Assembly: GCA_051362555.1 (NCBI GenBank)
Contig: CM120640.1
Span: forward strand, 17,236,001-17,300,000
Reading direction: 5' to 3'
Length of the DNA: 64,000 nt
DNA from: Lingula anatina
Lineage: Eukaryota > Animalia > Brachiopoda
Under the pieces are notes generated by a model. That model was not told the origin of the DNA. It worked only from the letters and a program-made list of their open reading frames with translations, and did no database searches. Each line of letters opens with the position of its first letter. Position 1 is the first letter of the stretch. Positions 11,218-24,100 of this stretch are shown here, in pieces. The translations under genes and the position numbers were made by a program.

Positions 11218-14062
11218 AACTAGAGGATCAGAGAGGCGATACCGCCTCCGAATATTGTACCACCAGCTGGAGCAAGCGCATTCGTATAGACCCCCACATA
11301 CACAAAAGAAGGGACACAGCCACCAGTCTTATGCTTGACAAGCTGTAAAAATGCAATCAACAAGAATTTTCAAAATATGCAAAAAATATATATAACTTAA
11401 AATGGTACAATCAAAGTTAAGTTCATCATAAGGTAGGTCAAAGGTCAATTTCAAGGTCACAGTAAATTGCCAGTATATGACTTCCTATTCAACTTTAATG
11501 GTAACTATGGACCTATCTCTGCCAGGTTTGGAATTAAAAGAGAAAGAAATTTGCAAAGTTCAGTTCATAGTGAAAAGTAGGTCAAAGGTCAATTTCAAGG
11601 TCACATTTAGATTGCCAGTATATGACTTTCCAAGCAAGTTCAATAGAAACTATGGACCTATCTCTTCCAGTTTTGGAGATAAAAGGGAACCAAAATTTGC
11701 AAAGTTTAATTCATGATAAAAAGTAGGTCAAAGGTAAATTTCAAGGTCACACTTAGATTGCCAGTATATGACTTTCCATGCAAGTTAAATAGAAACTATG
11801 GACCTATCTCTGACTTCCTATTCAAGTTCAATAGTAACTATGGACCTATCTCTGCCAGTTTTGTAGATAAAAGGGAAGAAAAATATGCAAAGTTCAGTTC
11901 ATGGTGAAAAGTAGGTCAAAGGTCAATTTCAAGCTCACAGTAAAATTGCCAGTATATGACTTCCTATTCAACTTCAATAGTAACTATGGACCTATCTCTG
12001 CCAGTTTTGGAGATATAAGGGACTAAATGTTTTAATTTTGGAGTTACCATAATGTGCCATAAATTTCCTACAGAAAAAATTAATTAAAATAAAGAAAACG
12101 TCATTTTGGTCAAAATTCTTGAAATAAGAGGTGCTCTGAAGTTCCAGATGTTCAAATTTGATGAAATAATGTCATTTTTGACCACAAGTTGTCTGGTTTG
12201 CCAAGCCTTATGTTTTATTTTTCCGGAGTTCAAAATTTATTATCCATTACAGTACTGCACATTTTGCTTTCACCACCAATATGTGCCAGTATATGATTTC
12301 CTATTCAAGTTCAATAAAAACTATGGACCTATCTCTGCCAGTTTTGGAGATAAAAGGGAACCAAAATTTGCAAAGTTCAATTCATGATAAAAAGTAGGTC
12401 AAAGGTCAATTTCAAGGTCACATTTAGATTGCCAGTATATGACTTCCTATTCAACTTCAATAGTAACTATGGACCTATCTCTGCCAGTTTTGGAGATAAA
12501 AGGGAAGCAAAATTTGCAAAGTTCAATTCATGATAAAAAGTAGGTCAAAGGTCAATTTCAAGGTCACATTTAGAATGCCAGTATATGACTTCCTATTCAA
12601 CTTCAATAGTAACTATGGACCTATCTCTGCCAGTTTTGGAGATAAAAGGGAAGCCAAATTTGCAAAGTTTAATTCGTGGTGAAAAGTAGATCAAAGGTCA
12701 ATTTCAAGGTCACATTTAGATTGCCAGTATATGACTTCCTATTCAAGTTCAATAGTAATTATGGACCTATCTCTGCCAGGTTTGGAGTTAAAAGAGAAAG
12801 AAATTAGCAGAGTTCAGTTCATGGTGAAAAGTAGGTCAAAGGTCAATTTCAAGGTCACATTTAGATTGCCAGTATATGACTTCCTATTCAACTTCAATAG
12901 TAACTATGGACCTATCTCTGCCAGTTTTGGAGATAAAAGGGAAGCAAAATTTGCAAAGTTCAATTCATGGTGAAAAGTAGGTCAAAGGTCAATTTCAAGG
13001 TCACATTTAGATTGCCAGTATATGACTTCCTATTCAACTTCAATAGTAACTATGGACCTATCTCTGCCAGTTTTGGAGATATAAGGGACTAAATGTTATA
13101 ATTTTGGAGTTACCTTAATGTGCCATAAATTTCCTACAGAAAAAATTAATTAAAATAAAGAAAAGGTCATTTTGGTCGAAATCATTGAAATGGGAGGTGC
13201 TCTGAAGTTCCAGAAGTTCAAATTTGATGAAATAATGTCATTTTTGACCACAAGTTGTCTGCTTTGCCAAGCCTTATGTTTTATTTTTCCAGAGTTCAAA
13301 ATTTATTATCCATTACCGTACTGCACATTTTGCTTTCACCACCAATATGTACTTTTTGATACAGCGTAGCTCGAAAACCGTATGAAATACAAAAAAACGG
13401 AGACCACCTCCAGTGTTGGGCTTTACATGCTCTACAAAATGCAAAAAAGAATGGGTCTCTAGCATTAACGGTTCCCGAATTAGAGACAGTTTTCAGTTTC
13501 GGTATCTTATGGCCGCTACTCCCGTTAAAATGCACCGATTGACCCCAAATTCACGGAGATGAAAGATGACCTGAAGGGTATCATTTTCCAATAATATTAT
13601 TGGTTAAGTCTGTGTGGTGTCTGAATAACAGCGCAAATAATTTTTTTTTCGTAAAAAAATTCATTTTTTTGAAAAATTTGGCCTGTTTGACCTTGAAATA
13701 AAGGTCAAAGGTCAAATCCAAGGGCATATTTGAAATCTGCACATATGACTTTTGGAAAGCCGTCTGTAGAAATTTTTCCCATAATTCCTTCCGTAGGGTA
13801 GATAATTAGCATTCAATTTTGCCATTTTTGGACAAGGGTGCATTGCAATGAATGCCACACCTAGACCCCAATACCGACAAAGCCCAAATTTTACGTGGAA
13901 CGAGTTGAGATTATAGGTGACCTAAATCCAAGAGATGGGTATGGGGGCCCTTACCGTCTAGGAGGAGAAGCGGTAACGGTAACATGGCGGCGGAGCCGGC
14001 GGAACGGACCGGACGGGACTAAAACCATGTGTACCGCCAGCGCTAACGCTGGTGGTACAATT
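11218..14062 (-). mobile_element. Non-autonomous Helentron-associated element (HINE/DINE-like) carrying an internal satellite array
   Basis: One end: aactaga, hairpin gaggcg-atac-cgcctc and subterminal tgtaccaccagc (about 11255). Other end: GGAC/GGCG microsatellite-like tract (13986-14018) and palindrome tgtaccgccagcg-ctaa-cgctggtggtaca (14030-14059), whose arm is inverted relative to the subterminal repeat. Internal tandem repeats are present. This is the established HINE architecture. Confidence 0.8.
11410..13085 (+). repeat. 146-bp tandem satellite inside the HINE, ~9-10 units in two blocks
   Basis: Anchor aaagtaggtcaaaggtcaatttcaaggtcac at about 11430, 11574, 11720, 11908, 12391, 12537, 12683, 12828 and 12974. 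Modal spacing is 146 bp. Confidence 0.95.
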
Positions 14063-15148
14063 ACTCAGAAAAACAGTATATAATATATAAAGGAATGTAA
14101 CAGTAACTTTGGAATGAACTTGAACAAATATATGTTCATTAAGAGAAGTGACAAAAGTTTCAAAACTGTTTTCATTGTTGCACATTTCCAAGTCTGCCGA
14201 GTAATGTAATGTAGTTTTAAAATATTGTTTTGTACCACATTTCTAAACCTGACATACTGTACATGTTTTTGTCTATTAAATAATATTTAATATCAGCTTT
14301 AGGATATTTTTTTGTATCTTGCAACACAAAAATGATGTACTGTTTATTTACGGATAACACTCCTGTTACAAACATTATTCAAGCAAAACATGTAAAACTT
14401 GAAAACTTCTAACTCAGAGCACAGGAAACACAGCACTGTGATCTCATATGGCTATTAAAATATAGACTATTATTACAAGCACCGGCTGTCACAGAGATAT
14501 GACAAGGCTGACTAGTGGAGCAAACTGGCTTTCAAAAACACTGGCATAGCCTGCCAATCTGCTCTCCAAATGCCTGATACCACACAATACCTCATCAAAC
14601 ACTAGTACAGTGCTCAGAATAACATGTGAAAAAAATTGTTCAAAAAACTTAGGAAAGCCACAATTATTGTTCTTTTACAGAGAAAATGTTTTACAAAATA
14701 CCAAAGTAGGTACACTTTGTCTAGTAAAATCTCATATTCTTCCTACCTAGCACTTGCTGAAAGATACCCCAAAAAATGAAAAATTAAAGTCATAACAAAT
14801 TAGAAATTATGCAAAAAGTGTAAAGAAAAACATTTTCATTCAAAAATCAATTTATTATTCTATCTAGTTTGAAAAATTGCACAGGAAAAAAGCACTCGGC
14901 AAATATACATTCTTTGTGCTATTTCTACTCCAGTTAAGAATCTCACAAAATGAATACATAACATAAAAAAAAATTAAGAAGAATACCTTTCTAACATCCA
15001 CCTACGACAGAAAATAACACAAAATCTGCAATTGCACAAATGCCCTTTCTCGATGATAAAAGAACATACAAAAATGATCTTGTGATGGTCAATTGGCTAC
15101 AAAATACCACCAATTTAATCAGTGTTCCTTTGTCTTTTGAGGGTCTAG

Positions 15149-18100
15149 TCAGACGTCCACTGCTTGTCCTCGTAGCCTTCTCCTCCAGTACCGTCTGGCC
15201 AAACTCTCAATCTGAGATATCAGAAATGAAATGTCAGGATTATTTACAGGATAGCACATATCAACCTGAAATTCAGAGGTCTCTATGACAGTTAGCTAAC
15301 CATCAAGCTCTTGCAAAATTGTAACCTTGTAAACTGTAAATAAGTTACTTAATTAAAATAATTTGGCAATATTTACCAAAAAATACCCTGAAAAGGTTAC
15401 TAAAGTTCATTAAATTTATTTTAAAGAATACTTTTTCATCTTGCACATAAATACTTAACATAATGAATAAGTGTAAAATGTGTTAACAATAATAAATGTA
15501 AACTTACTTTTTCTGCAAAAAAAGAATATATGCTGATAAAGATGAGTATTCCTAGGGCACAGTGCGTCATGAACCTGAGACGATCTCGATACAACTTCCT
15601 GGAAGTGACAAGAAACAAAGGTTAAAAATTATTAACCATCTTTATTTCAAATATAAAATTTTTTCAGCATATGAAATATTGCCTCAGAGTACAATATGGA
15701 AAGGAATATAGACCATACTTACCATTCTTTCAAGTCTTCTACATATAAGTATCTATTTCTATATTCTTTGGGCAGTTCAAATTGTGATGGAATAGGGTAA
15801 AATGTTTCATAGAAATCCAACTGGATGGCTCGCACCTAGGAGAAGCATAAATACATTCAATTCCTTATAAACTAATTAAATACATAAAAACATTTAAATC
15901 AAATATAAGCAATATCTTATATATTTTTATTCTCTGTAGAGGCTGGTTTACTGCTGTTTAATAATTTATCTGACTTGCTGAATAACCAGTGATAAATAAT
16001 GAAAAAGTTTGCAAACACTTACAGTTTCTGCCTCTTTGAGTCCATGCTTGAGATTATCATTCAAGCACACAAATTTTCTGGAAGACAAAAAACAAAACTT
16101 ACAGCAGACAGTCCTCATTCCAGCTCCGTTATCTATTTGCCTCAACACCCTAATCAAAAATTTTTCAAATGTACAAAGAGTCTATAATTCTACTAATTAT
16201 TTTGGGAAGGGAAGAGGGGAAAACACATACAGCTGTCAATAACATAATATTTTGAATAACATTTCCATTTTGATTTAAAAAAATTAATTAATCATATTTT
16301 CATCAATTAAAATAATTCACAAAATAAAATCAGCCATTAAAAATTGAGAACACATACTTAGGGTTCTTCCTGATGTCATCCAGCTGGCCCAGAACTCTGG
16401 AAACATTACTTTCCAACATTTTAAAGGCAATCTCCTCCTCTCCTACTTCCTCAAATCTGAAAGTTGACAGGTTTCATCTATATTTACTTGCAGCAAATGC
16501 ATTATATTAATTGCACCAAACAACTGACATAACAAATTGGACTTTGGGGAAATTTAAGCCATTTAAGATGCTATATGGAATAATATCAACCAATACATAC
16601 TTGTACTTAGTTCTTCCTTTGAGATGCCTTTGAATAAGTTCAACAACAGGTTCACAGTTTAGCATCAGATTCATTGTGACTTGGGGCTGAAACGTAAATG
16701 TTAAATGTGAAGTACATCTTTATTAGAATTCAATCAAGCTCAGCATTACATTAGTACAAAACTGTAACACATTTACCACATAAACTCCACTATATTTATT
16801 TCCTTTATTTGCTTGCTCAAAATTATCATTTACCACAAATACAGAGGTTTTAAAAGTAAAAAAAAATGAATTAAATAAAAAAAAAAACTGACCAGCTCAG
16901 TATCATAATATTGTTCTCTGGGTGGTGGTGGATTTTCTGCTTGGATTTCTGCTGATAATTCTCTAGAGCAGTTCTTTATCACTTCTTCAAAGCCTGACAA
17001 TGTCTAGAATACAAAAGAGTTTGAATGTAGATATGTTCAGATACATAACAATTAATGGTTGAATTTTTATGACTTCATTCAGTTTCTATTTAAGCAATCA
17101 TTTCCTTTGAAGAAAAAAGATTAAATTTCACCAAAAAGACTAAGAGCAACTTTCTTCAATTAAACAATATTCCAGTTTAAATTCAACACTTAAGATTCTG
17201 AGAGCTCCTAAGGAATAGTGAAGCAAGCATTGCTCTCTGGGAGGTATTTATATGGTTAAAATGGATTTATATACCTCAAGCAATATAGGTAACTCAAAAA
17301 TTCTTGTTGCAAGTAAGCGGATTTCACGATCAGAAAAGCACCTGGAAGATAACATTTTTTTAGTGTGCAAAGGTTACCCAATAATATAAAACTTAATGTT
17401 TAACAGTTATTGATAATGTAGTTTGATTACATAAAATGAAAATTATCACTTCACAAAAACAGAAAATATAACATCATGACCCAAGGTTACATCATACAAT
17501 ATTTTCTGAACCAACGTTTAATTTTAGACATTCAATAAATATCTTCAGCAGCAGTTAAATACTAAAATGATAAATAGTGAAAGGGGTTTTCTTTAACAGT
17601 AATGCTAGTTCACAATAAAAAAAATCACAGTTTTTTTCATCTATTAACCCTTATTACCTGGAGTGGTCAGTGTCCATCTCTTTGAGGAATGTCTCCACAG
17701 AGCTATTGGCTGGCTGACTCATCATGAAGTAGAAGTAGGAGAAAGCAAACTGCATGTCATCTGAGCTCCGTACTCTGTGAGAGGATGTAGTCTCCCATTC
17801 CTCTGAAAATCTAATAGATAAATCACATGTTGAGGCATGTTCACCAACTAAAACTTAGTTGAGGTTTAGCACAAAGCAGAAGATAAACCCCCCCCCCCCC
17901 CCCCCCCACCACACACACACAATATTTATGTTTCACAAAGTAAATAGCAAATGTGATTTCAGAGTGTGTAATTACAGTTTCTATCTTCTCAGGAGTGTTA
18001 AATCTTCCTGCACTGGCATGTACCAATTTAAATGCATAAAATCCTGACATCAAAGCTGCTTCATTTAAAAGCTACAAACTCCTTCAAATAACATTTTTTT

Positions 18101-21100
18101 TTCAAATTCACGTTTCATTTTCTATTGACATTTTCCATTGTTTAAAATTTAGCTTACTTTTCCTGCATCTCCATCATAATGTTCTTGTCAATCATATGTG
18201 GCATGTGCCCTGGAACTTTGCGAGCAGCATACCCAAACTCTTTGTTGTATAATTTATTAACATGTCTCAGAGAATCAGCAAAGGTGTCCATAAGCTTCCT
18301 GCTGTGGTATGGAGTTGACTGGTACTTTTGCATTTCCTGCAATGTTTTCTTCTTCTAAAATGGGAAAAAAGAGGCTGACAGCAATGAAAATGTAATATAC
18401 TGTCAGAAAAAAGGGATTACTACAATGCTAGTAATCATGGTTTGGCAATGAATGTTTCAGAGTAAATAGTAAAAGTTAGAAAAGCTAAGTTGGCAAAAAT
18501 AAAAACTGTATCAAAGAAAAGTGTTAAAGAATCATAATCTGGACACTTACATGTATATATAGGCCAAATATGAATTTTCCTGCAAACTGCAGCAATCTTA
18601 ACCTCAGCACTTTTCATAAACATCAAGCAATTAAAAAATCATGGACATGTACAATGTTCTGCATTAAAAAGGACAACTGCTAATTAGAACAAGCCAGCTT
18701 ATGGCTTAGCATGATGAAGTATAATAGGACAACATTTTGAGATGGAAAACCTTTCTATGTGAAACCCCTTACCTCTATTAGCTGAGCAAACAATCCCTGT
18801 TTCTCCCAGGGAAATGAGCCAAATTCACCATCATTATATGATGTCAATTTACGGCCAGTAGATACTTGTGGTGATTTCTGATGATTTTGTGATTCTTTGA
18901 AATTTTGATCCAGGCTTTTCCTTTGGTTTAATTCTAACTGACTAGTTTTACTGGTGGCCTCCACCTGTTTTGAACCTGGATTCTGTGATTGAAAATGTTG
19001 TTTTAACAACTTTGCCTTCCTGATATTGAAACCTTTGTCTGTCAAATCACCTGAAGAAAAGGTTAATAAGCTTTATGACTATTGCACTTGTAGTATTTTT
19101 ACCCCCCCCCCCCAAAAAAAAAAAAAAAAAAAAAGTGCTCCCATGTTGACTCTTTTACTTGATATGAGAGATTTCCAGTAAAATACATCCATACTTTGGT
19201 CTGAGATTTATCATGCTGCTTGCAAATATATTTGTCTGAATCTTAAAATTCATCAAATTACTGATAAAATTAGCAAGTCTTAATTGGTTGACAGCATACA
19301 ATATGCATTTCAAAATTCTCATATACCTTGTTTAAAACTCTCCTGTAACTGTTTTAGTAGAACCATAACTTCTCCTGAGAGCTGTAGGTTTGATATGTTC
19401 ATGACCTGGTACCTGTCCAGATCTGACTCCAGTGTCCTCTGGACTGGGAAAGCACTCCTTCATGGAAATCAGAAAAAAATGCAAATGAGGCACAACTAAA
19501 TAACTACAACATATGTTGTAAATAGGGCCACAATTTTACTGAACTGTGAATTTTCATCCATTGGCCAAAGTATGTACCATCCCTCCATTAAATGCAGGAA
19601 ACCATTCCGAGTTTTCACATTAACACTGACATTCACTCTGTTCCTTAAAAAAACTTTGAACTAGTTATCATTTATTTTCCTTTCATCAAAATACACCAGT
19701 ATTCCATGGAAGTTTACCTTATTTCCTTTGGCACATCAGTGAAGCTAAAAGGGGCTTCAGTGACATTTTCTTCCATTTTGACATTGTCATTGCTTGCATC
19801 CTTACTGCTAGTAGCATTCACAGATGTAGAGTCTATGACAGCCTTCTTTGTGGGCAATGGCCAAGTATTTACTGTCACATTAAACTCAAACTAAAAGAGA
19901 AAATATAAGTTAAATCAAAAGTTATTATCAGTAATTGAATCACTAAATGTTCATTTTTATGAAAAACATCGTCTGGAACGAACCTTGAGAAAACATTATG
20001 CATGCTGAATAGATGTTCCCAAACAATTTGATATATGCCACAATTTCTAAAAAAGAATTTTCTGATAATAAAATGAACCAGCAACTTACTTCAATAGTGT
20101 GGTTCAATCCCACCCTGCCAGCAATCTTGAAATTCAATTCTGTATCATTGTGCTTTGAGTACAGCAGCAGTGTCATGGTTTTGTACTTGTTGGATACAGC
20201 AGCTGTTCTGATGACCTTGTGCTTCTCGTATTCTGCTTTCCTGATACCAGAGGCATCCATTGGGAATATGGCTGTCAGGTTAAAGTAGTAGACCAGAAAT
20301 CCTGGAAAAATACAAATAACTGGTGTATATGAAAGGTCTTATCAAGGTTTATATCTAGAAACTTTTCTGCTACACTTACTGGAATTGTATTTAACTTGCT
20401 GCACCTCTGCCTGCTTATCACTGTGAAATAAGTTAATTCTAGAATTTTTATAATATCAAGTACTGCACCATTCAATCTTTTTGCATAAAAGATACTGTCT
20501 CCTCCAACCTTTATATCAGAAGTGTAAGCTGCTTGCCATATTAATAAGCATCCATTTATTGCACAACATATTAGAAAAATATTTTGCAATATTCTTTATC
20601 TGAATTTCCCACGTCAACTGATCCAGACCATTCTTACCTCCAGGGAGCCTGTAGTGATGCTGTCTTGGCAGAATGTCCACCTTGTGGAGTTGATTGAAGT
20701 TAGCATTGCCGCAGTCTCCAGCATCAAAGCCACAGCTGAGCACATTGCAGGCCTGGTCACAATACCTGTCTGCCACCCAGTTGTTAGCACACCCAGAGTT
20801 ACAATACACTGAATATACAGAAGTCTTATTTTTAATAGTAGTAGTAGTAGTATTTATTTATTTGAGATAAGATATGCAGTTTTTATAACACTAAATTTGC
20901 AAGCAGAGCAATACATGTCTGCTATTCTTAGTGCTAATCAATAGACTGTGCATGTAATCTTGAAAAATATTACATTTGCGAAACAGTCACTTACTTATAC
21001 TATACTGATAGGGACACTGATGACTTCTACCACGTGCATAAGTCATGACTGTAATCATTTAGCTTTAATTCATCCAAAACAATTTTTTTTTAATTTTGTT

Positions 21101-24100
21101 CAATATCTATTAAGTATCTGTAGCATTATATAATAGAAGAATTAATAAATTTGTATGCATTTACATTGTTTACTTACATTCTTCTGAAGAGTCAAAGCTG
21201 TTTTGGGGGAATTGTGCACCAAAGTTATTAGAACCAACTTGTGTGTTTCCACCTAAAAAAATAAATAAATAAATCATCAAATATATTTACAACTCTTTAT
21301 GTCACAAGGCAGCTTAGCACTGAATCAAGTAAAGTCTCACTGAAAAATTAAGATATGTGGAAATATAGGATGAATAAAAATATGCACCAAACTTGAGATT
21401 TTAATTTTTCATAAACTATCTGCCAAATTTCATTCAATAACACATGTTGTAGCCTGTCATGGTACTGCAATTCAACTGCTTTTATGTTACAACAACCATA
21501 TAGAGTTTAATATGAAAATGAGGGTCCAAAATTGGAAAAAAAGTGTTACAGCCTTGATTGATGTCCTATTACAAATCAGGGAATCCGCTATTCATATGAT
21601 TGCAAGTTTGAATATTTTTGTACTAAACACCACAAACATAAGTTACCAAAGCCTTCAGGTCAAAATGTTTATATTCTTGATGTGTTGTTTTGTCATTATC
21701 ATTTGCTTAATATAATGACCCATTTCTACACTGTCTTTATATGAAAGTGCCATAGTCTGAGTGTGTTATGTGAGTGTACTGTACACCTTCACATACCTGT
21801 ACAATCTCCTCCATCCCAATCACATTCTGATGAGTTACAAGCTTTGTCACAGTAACCATCTCTGATCCAGGTGTTAGGACAACCCTCCTGACAATTTGGT
21901 ACTGGCCATGTCAGATATACCTGATGGGTAAAAGCCTACTTGATTAGCAACTTGAGGACAATAATTTATGTTTGTGTTATCAGGATGTGAATTATGTACA
22001 AAAAATAAGACTGATCGAGAAATTTCAAATCTATTTATATCTTTCCAATCACCTTCTGTCCTCCAGCATGAGTGTAAAAATCATCAGGCCAGACATCCTT
22101 TCCAAACATCACATCATCATTCATGTAGATAAACTTGTCGGAGAGCCCAGGTATACGATGAAGGTGGACTTCAATGGCTGGAGAACTATATGTGGGCAGG
22201 TGGGACTGGTTGGGGAAGATCTCCTGGAAAAAAATTGACGATTTAAGTAAAATAATAATTCTGAATTCTGTGAAACCCTAACAGAGGGAAATTCTAAAAT
22301 AAGTCAATTGAATAACTGAACTTAAGTACACAAAAGGAAAATTCTATTTTAACATCAAAATAAAATTCAGAAAAAAGTATTTTTTGTCCATTTCTTTATC
22401 TGGCAATCAACCTTGCAAAGCCTTTCATACTGATCATTGCGAGTACCAACAATCAACATATTTTTCTTCTTGCCCTCTGTGATACTGAACAGAGAAAACC
22501 CCAAAAATACTTTCACCATATTTCAATGATTGGAGTATTCATATTAACCTGATGTGTGACCAGAGTGACTCGTGGGTTTTCTAAGTCTAGCCAGGACGGT
22601 ATCTGACCATTGGTGATAATGTAGATATGACGGACCCAGGGGGCATGCAGTTCTATAGACCTAAGAGAGTAGCGCAGCTCCTGTAAAATATGAAACAAGT
22701 GACACCTCTATTGAAATCATGGATCCTTTTAAAAGTATTCATAGAAACAGCTGCAGCTAGCTCACACAGCTATAAAAGCAGGAATATGATTGAATATATT
22801 AATTCAAATATATATATACTTTTTGCCTATTATAATATACAGGAAGCTTTTAAATCTCTTAACATTTTCTTCTAATTTGAAATTTCCAACTTATGAAGGA
22901 CTTTCAACTTAATTTTCTATACTTACATCATTATCTTGAAACCTGTTAGCTGATATCTGTTCACTTTCCAAGTCCTAAAAATTAATCAAAATATCTTTTC
23001 AACAAGTTTTACCTCATTTGTCATCATGGACAGAGTTGAATATACAGTACAATGTCTTATAATAAGCAGTGATAGACAAACTGGATCTATGATTAAGCGT
23101 TCACTATTTTAATGACTGTCATGTTACTTTTTATTCTGAATGTTCGGACTTACAATGCTGAAATACCAGACCATGTTAGCTGCATGCAGAGTGGGCTCCT
23201 TGCCGTCAATTGTGAAGTTAGAATCCTAAAAATTCAAAAAGTTTATTTTATATTTGTATGTCCACCCCTACCCTCTCTCTCCTCCCTTAAAAGGAGTGAA
23301 ATACAAAATAGAAACATAACATATGAATAACATGTACACAAAATATTAAAAAATAAAAAGATTATACATGTATCTTATAAACAAAACCTGAATTTTCCTG
23401 TATTAGCATACATACCACTGACTGTGTATGAACTGTACTGGTATTTTGTTTATTTAAAAAACTACTGAATCATTTCAAATAATGAAAAAATTATTTTGAT
23501 ACCTGGAGTAAGTTTTCAAACTCTTGTTTCACTGGTACATACAAGACAGCCACAGCATTGTCCTTGTACAGCTCCAGCTAAATAACATTAACATAAAAAA
23601 TTCAACATAAATTTCATTTTGTCAACAATAAAATGTGGCTAGACACAAAGGAAGTTTGTATTTGGACTTAACAAGACAATTTATCTTTGATGCAATTCAA
23701 GTTGAGATCAATAAAGTACACCATGAGAGATCTAGCAGTCAAAGAATATAAACAAATGGAGATGGATACCGTTTTTAACAAAATTTTTTAGAAATATGAT
23801 TACAGAATATCTTGAAGAAGGTAATAATTTTGAAAATTTTGTCGACTATGCTCTCAACTACTGAGTTTTAGCTGTTTAAACTGAGTTTCTGAGAAACTGA
23901 GCTTCGGTACATCTTCTTATATTTAAGATATAAAAGAGATAAGCGACCTTTGGGATTCTCGGTAAGCAAAACTAATCAAGCTAAATCTAAGCAACTTGAA
24001 AAATAAGCCCAAAAAACTGACCTACATTTTTGTGTAAAATGAAGGGGAGATGGGTAAGTTATATTGCCTTTCTGAAAAAAAAAATTCTAACCTTCTCAAT

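Noticed and set aside
11477-13535. Repeated short ORFs (MTSYS.., MVKILE..) as a gene family
   Set aside because: They are chance frames in satellite and HINE sequence, with no splice structure or recognisable domain.
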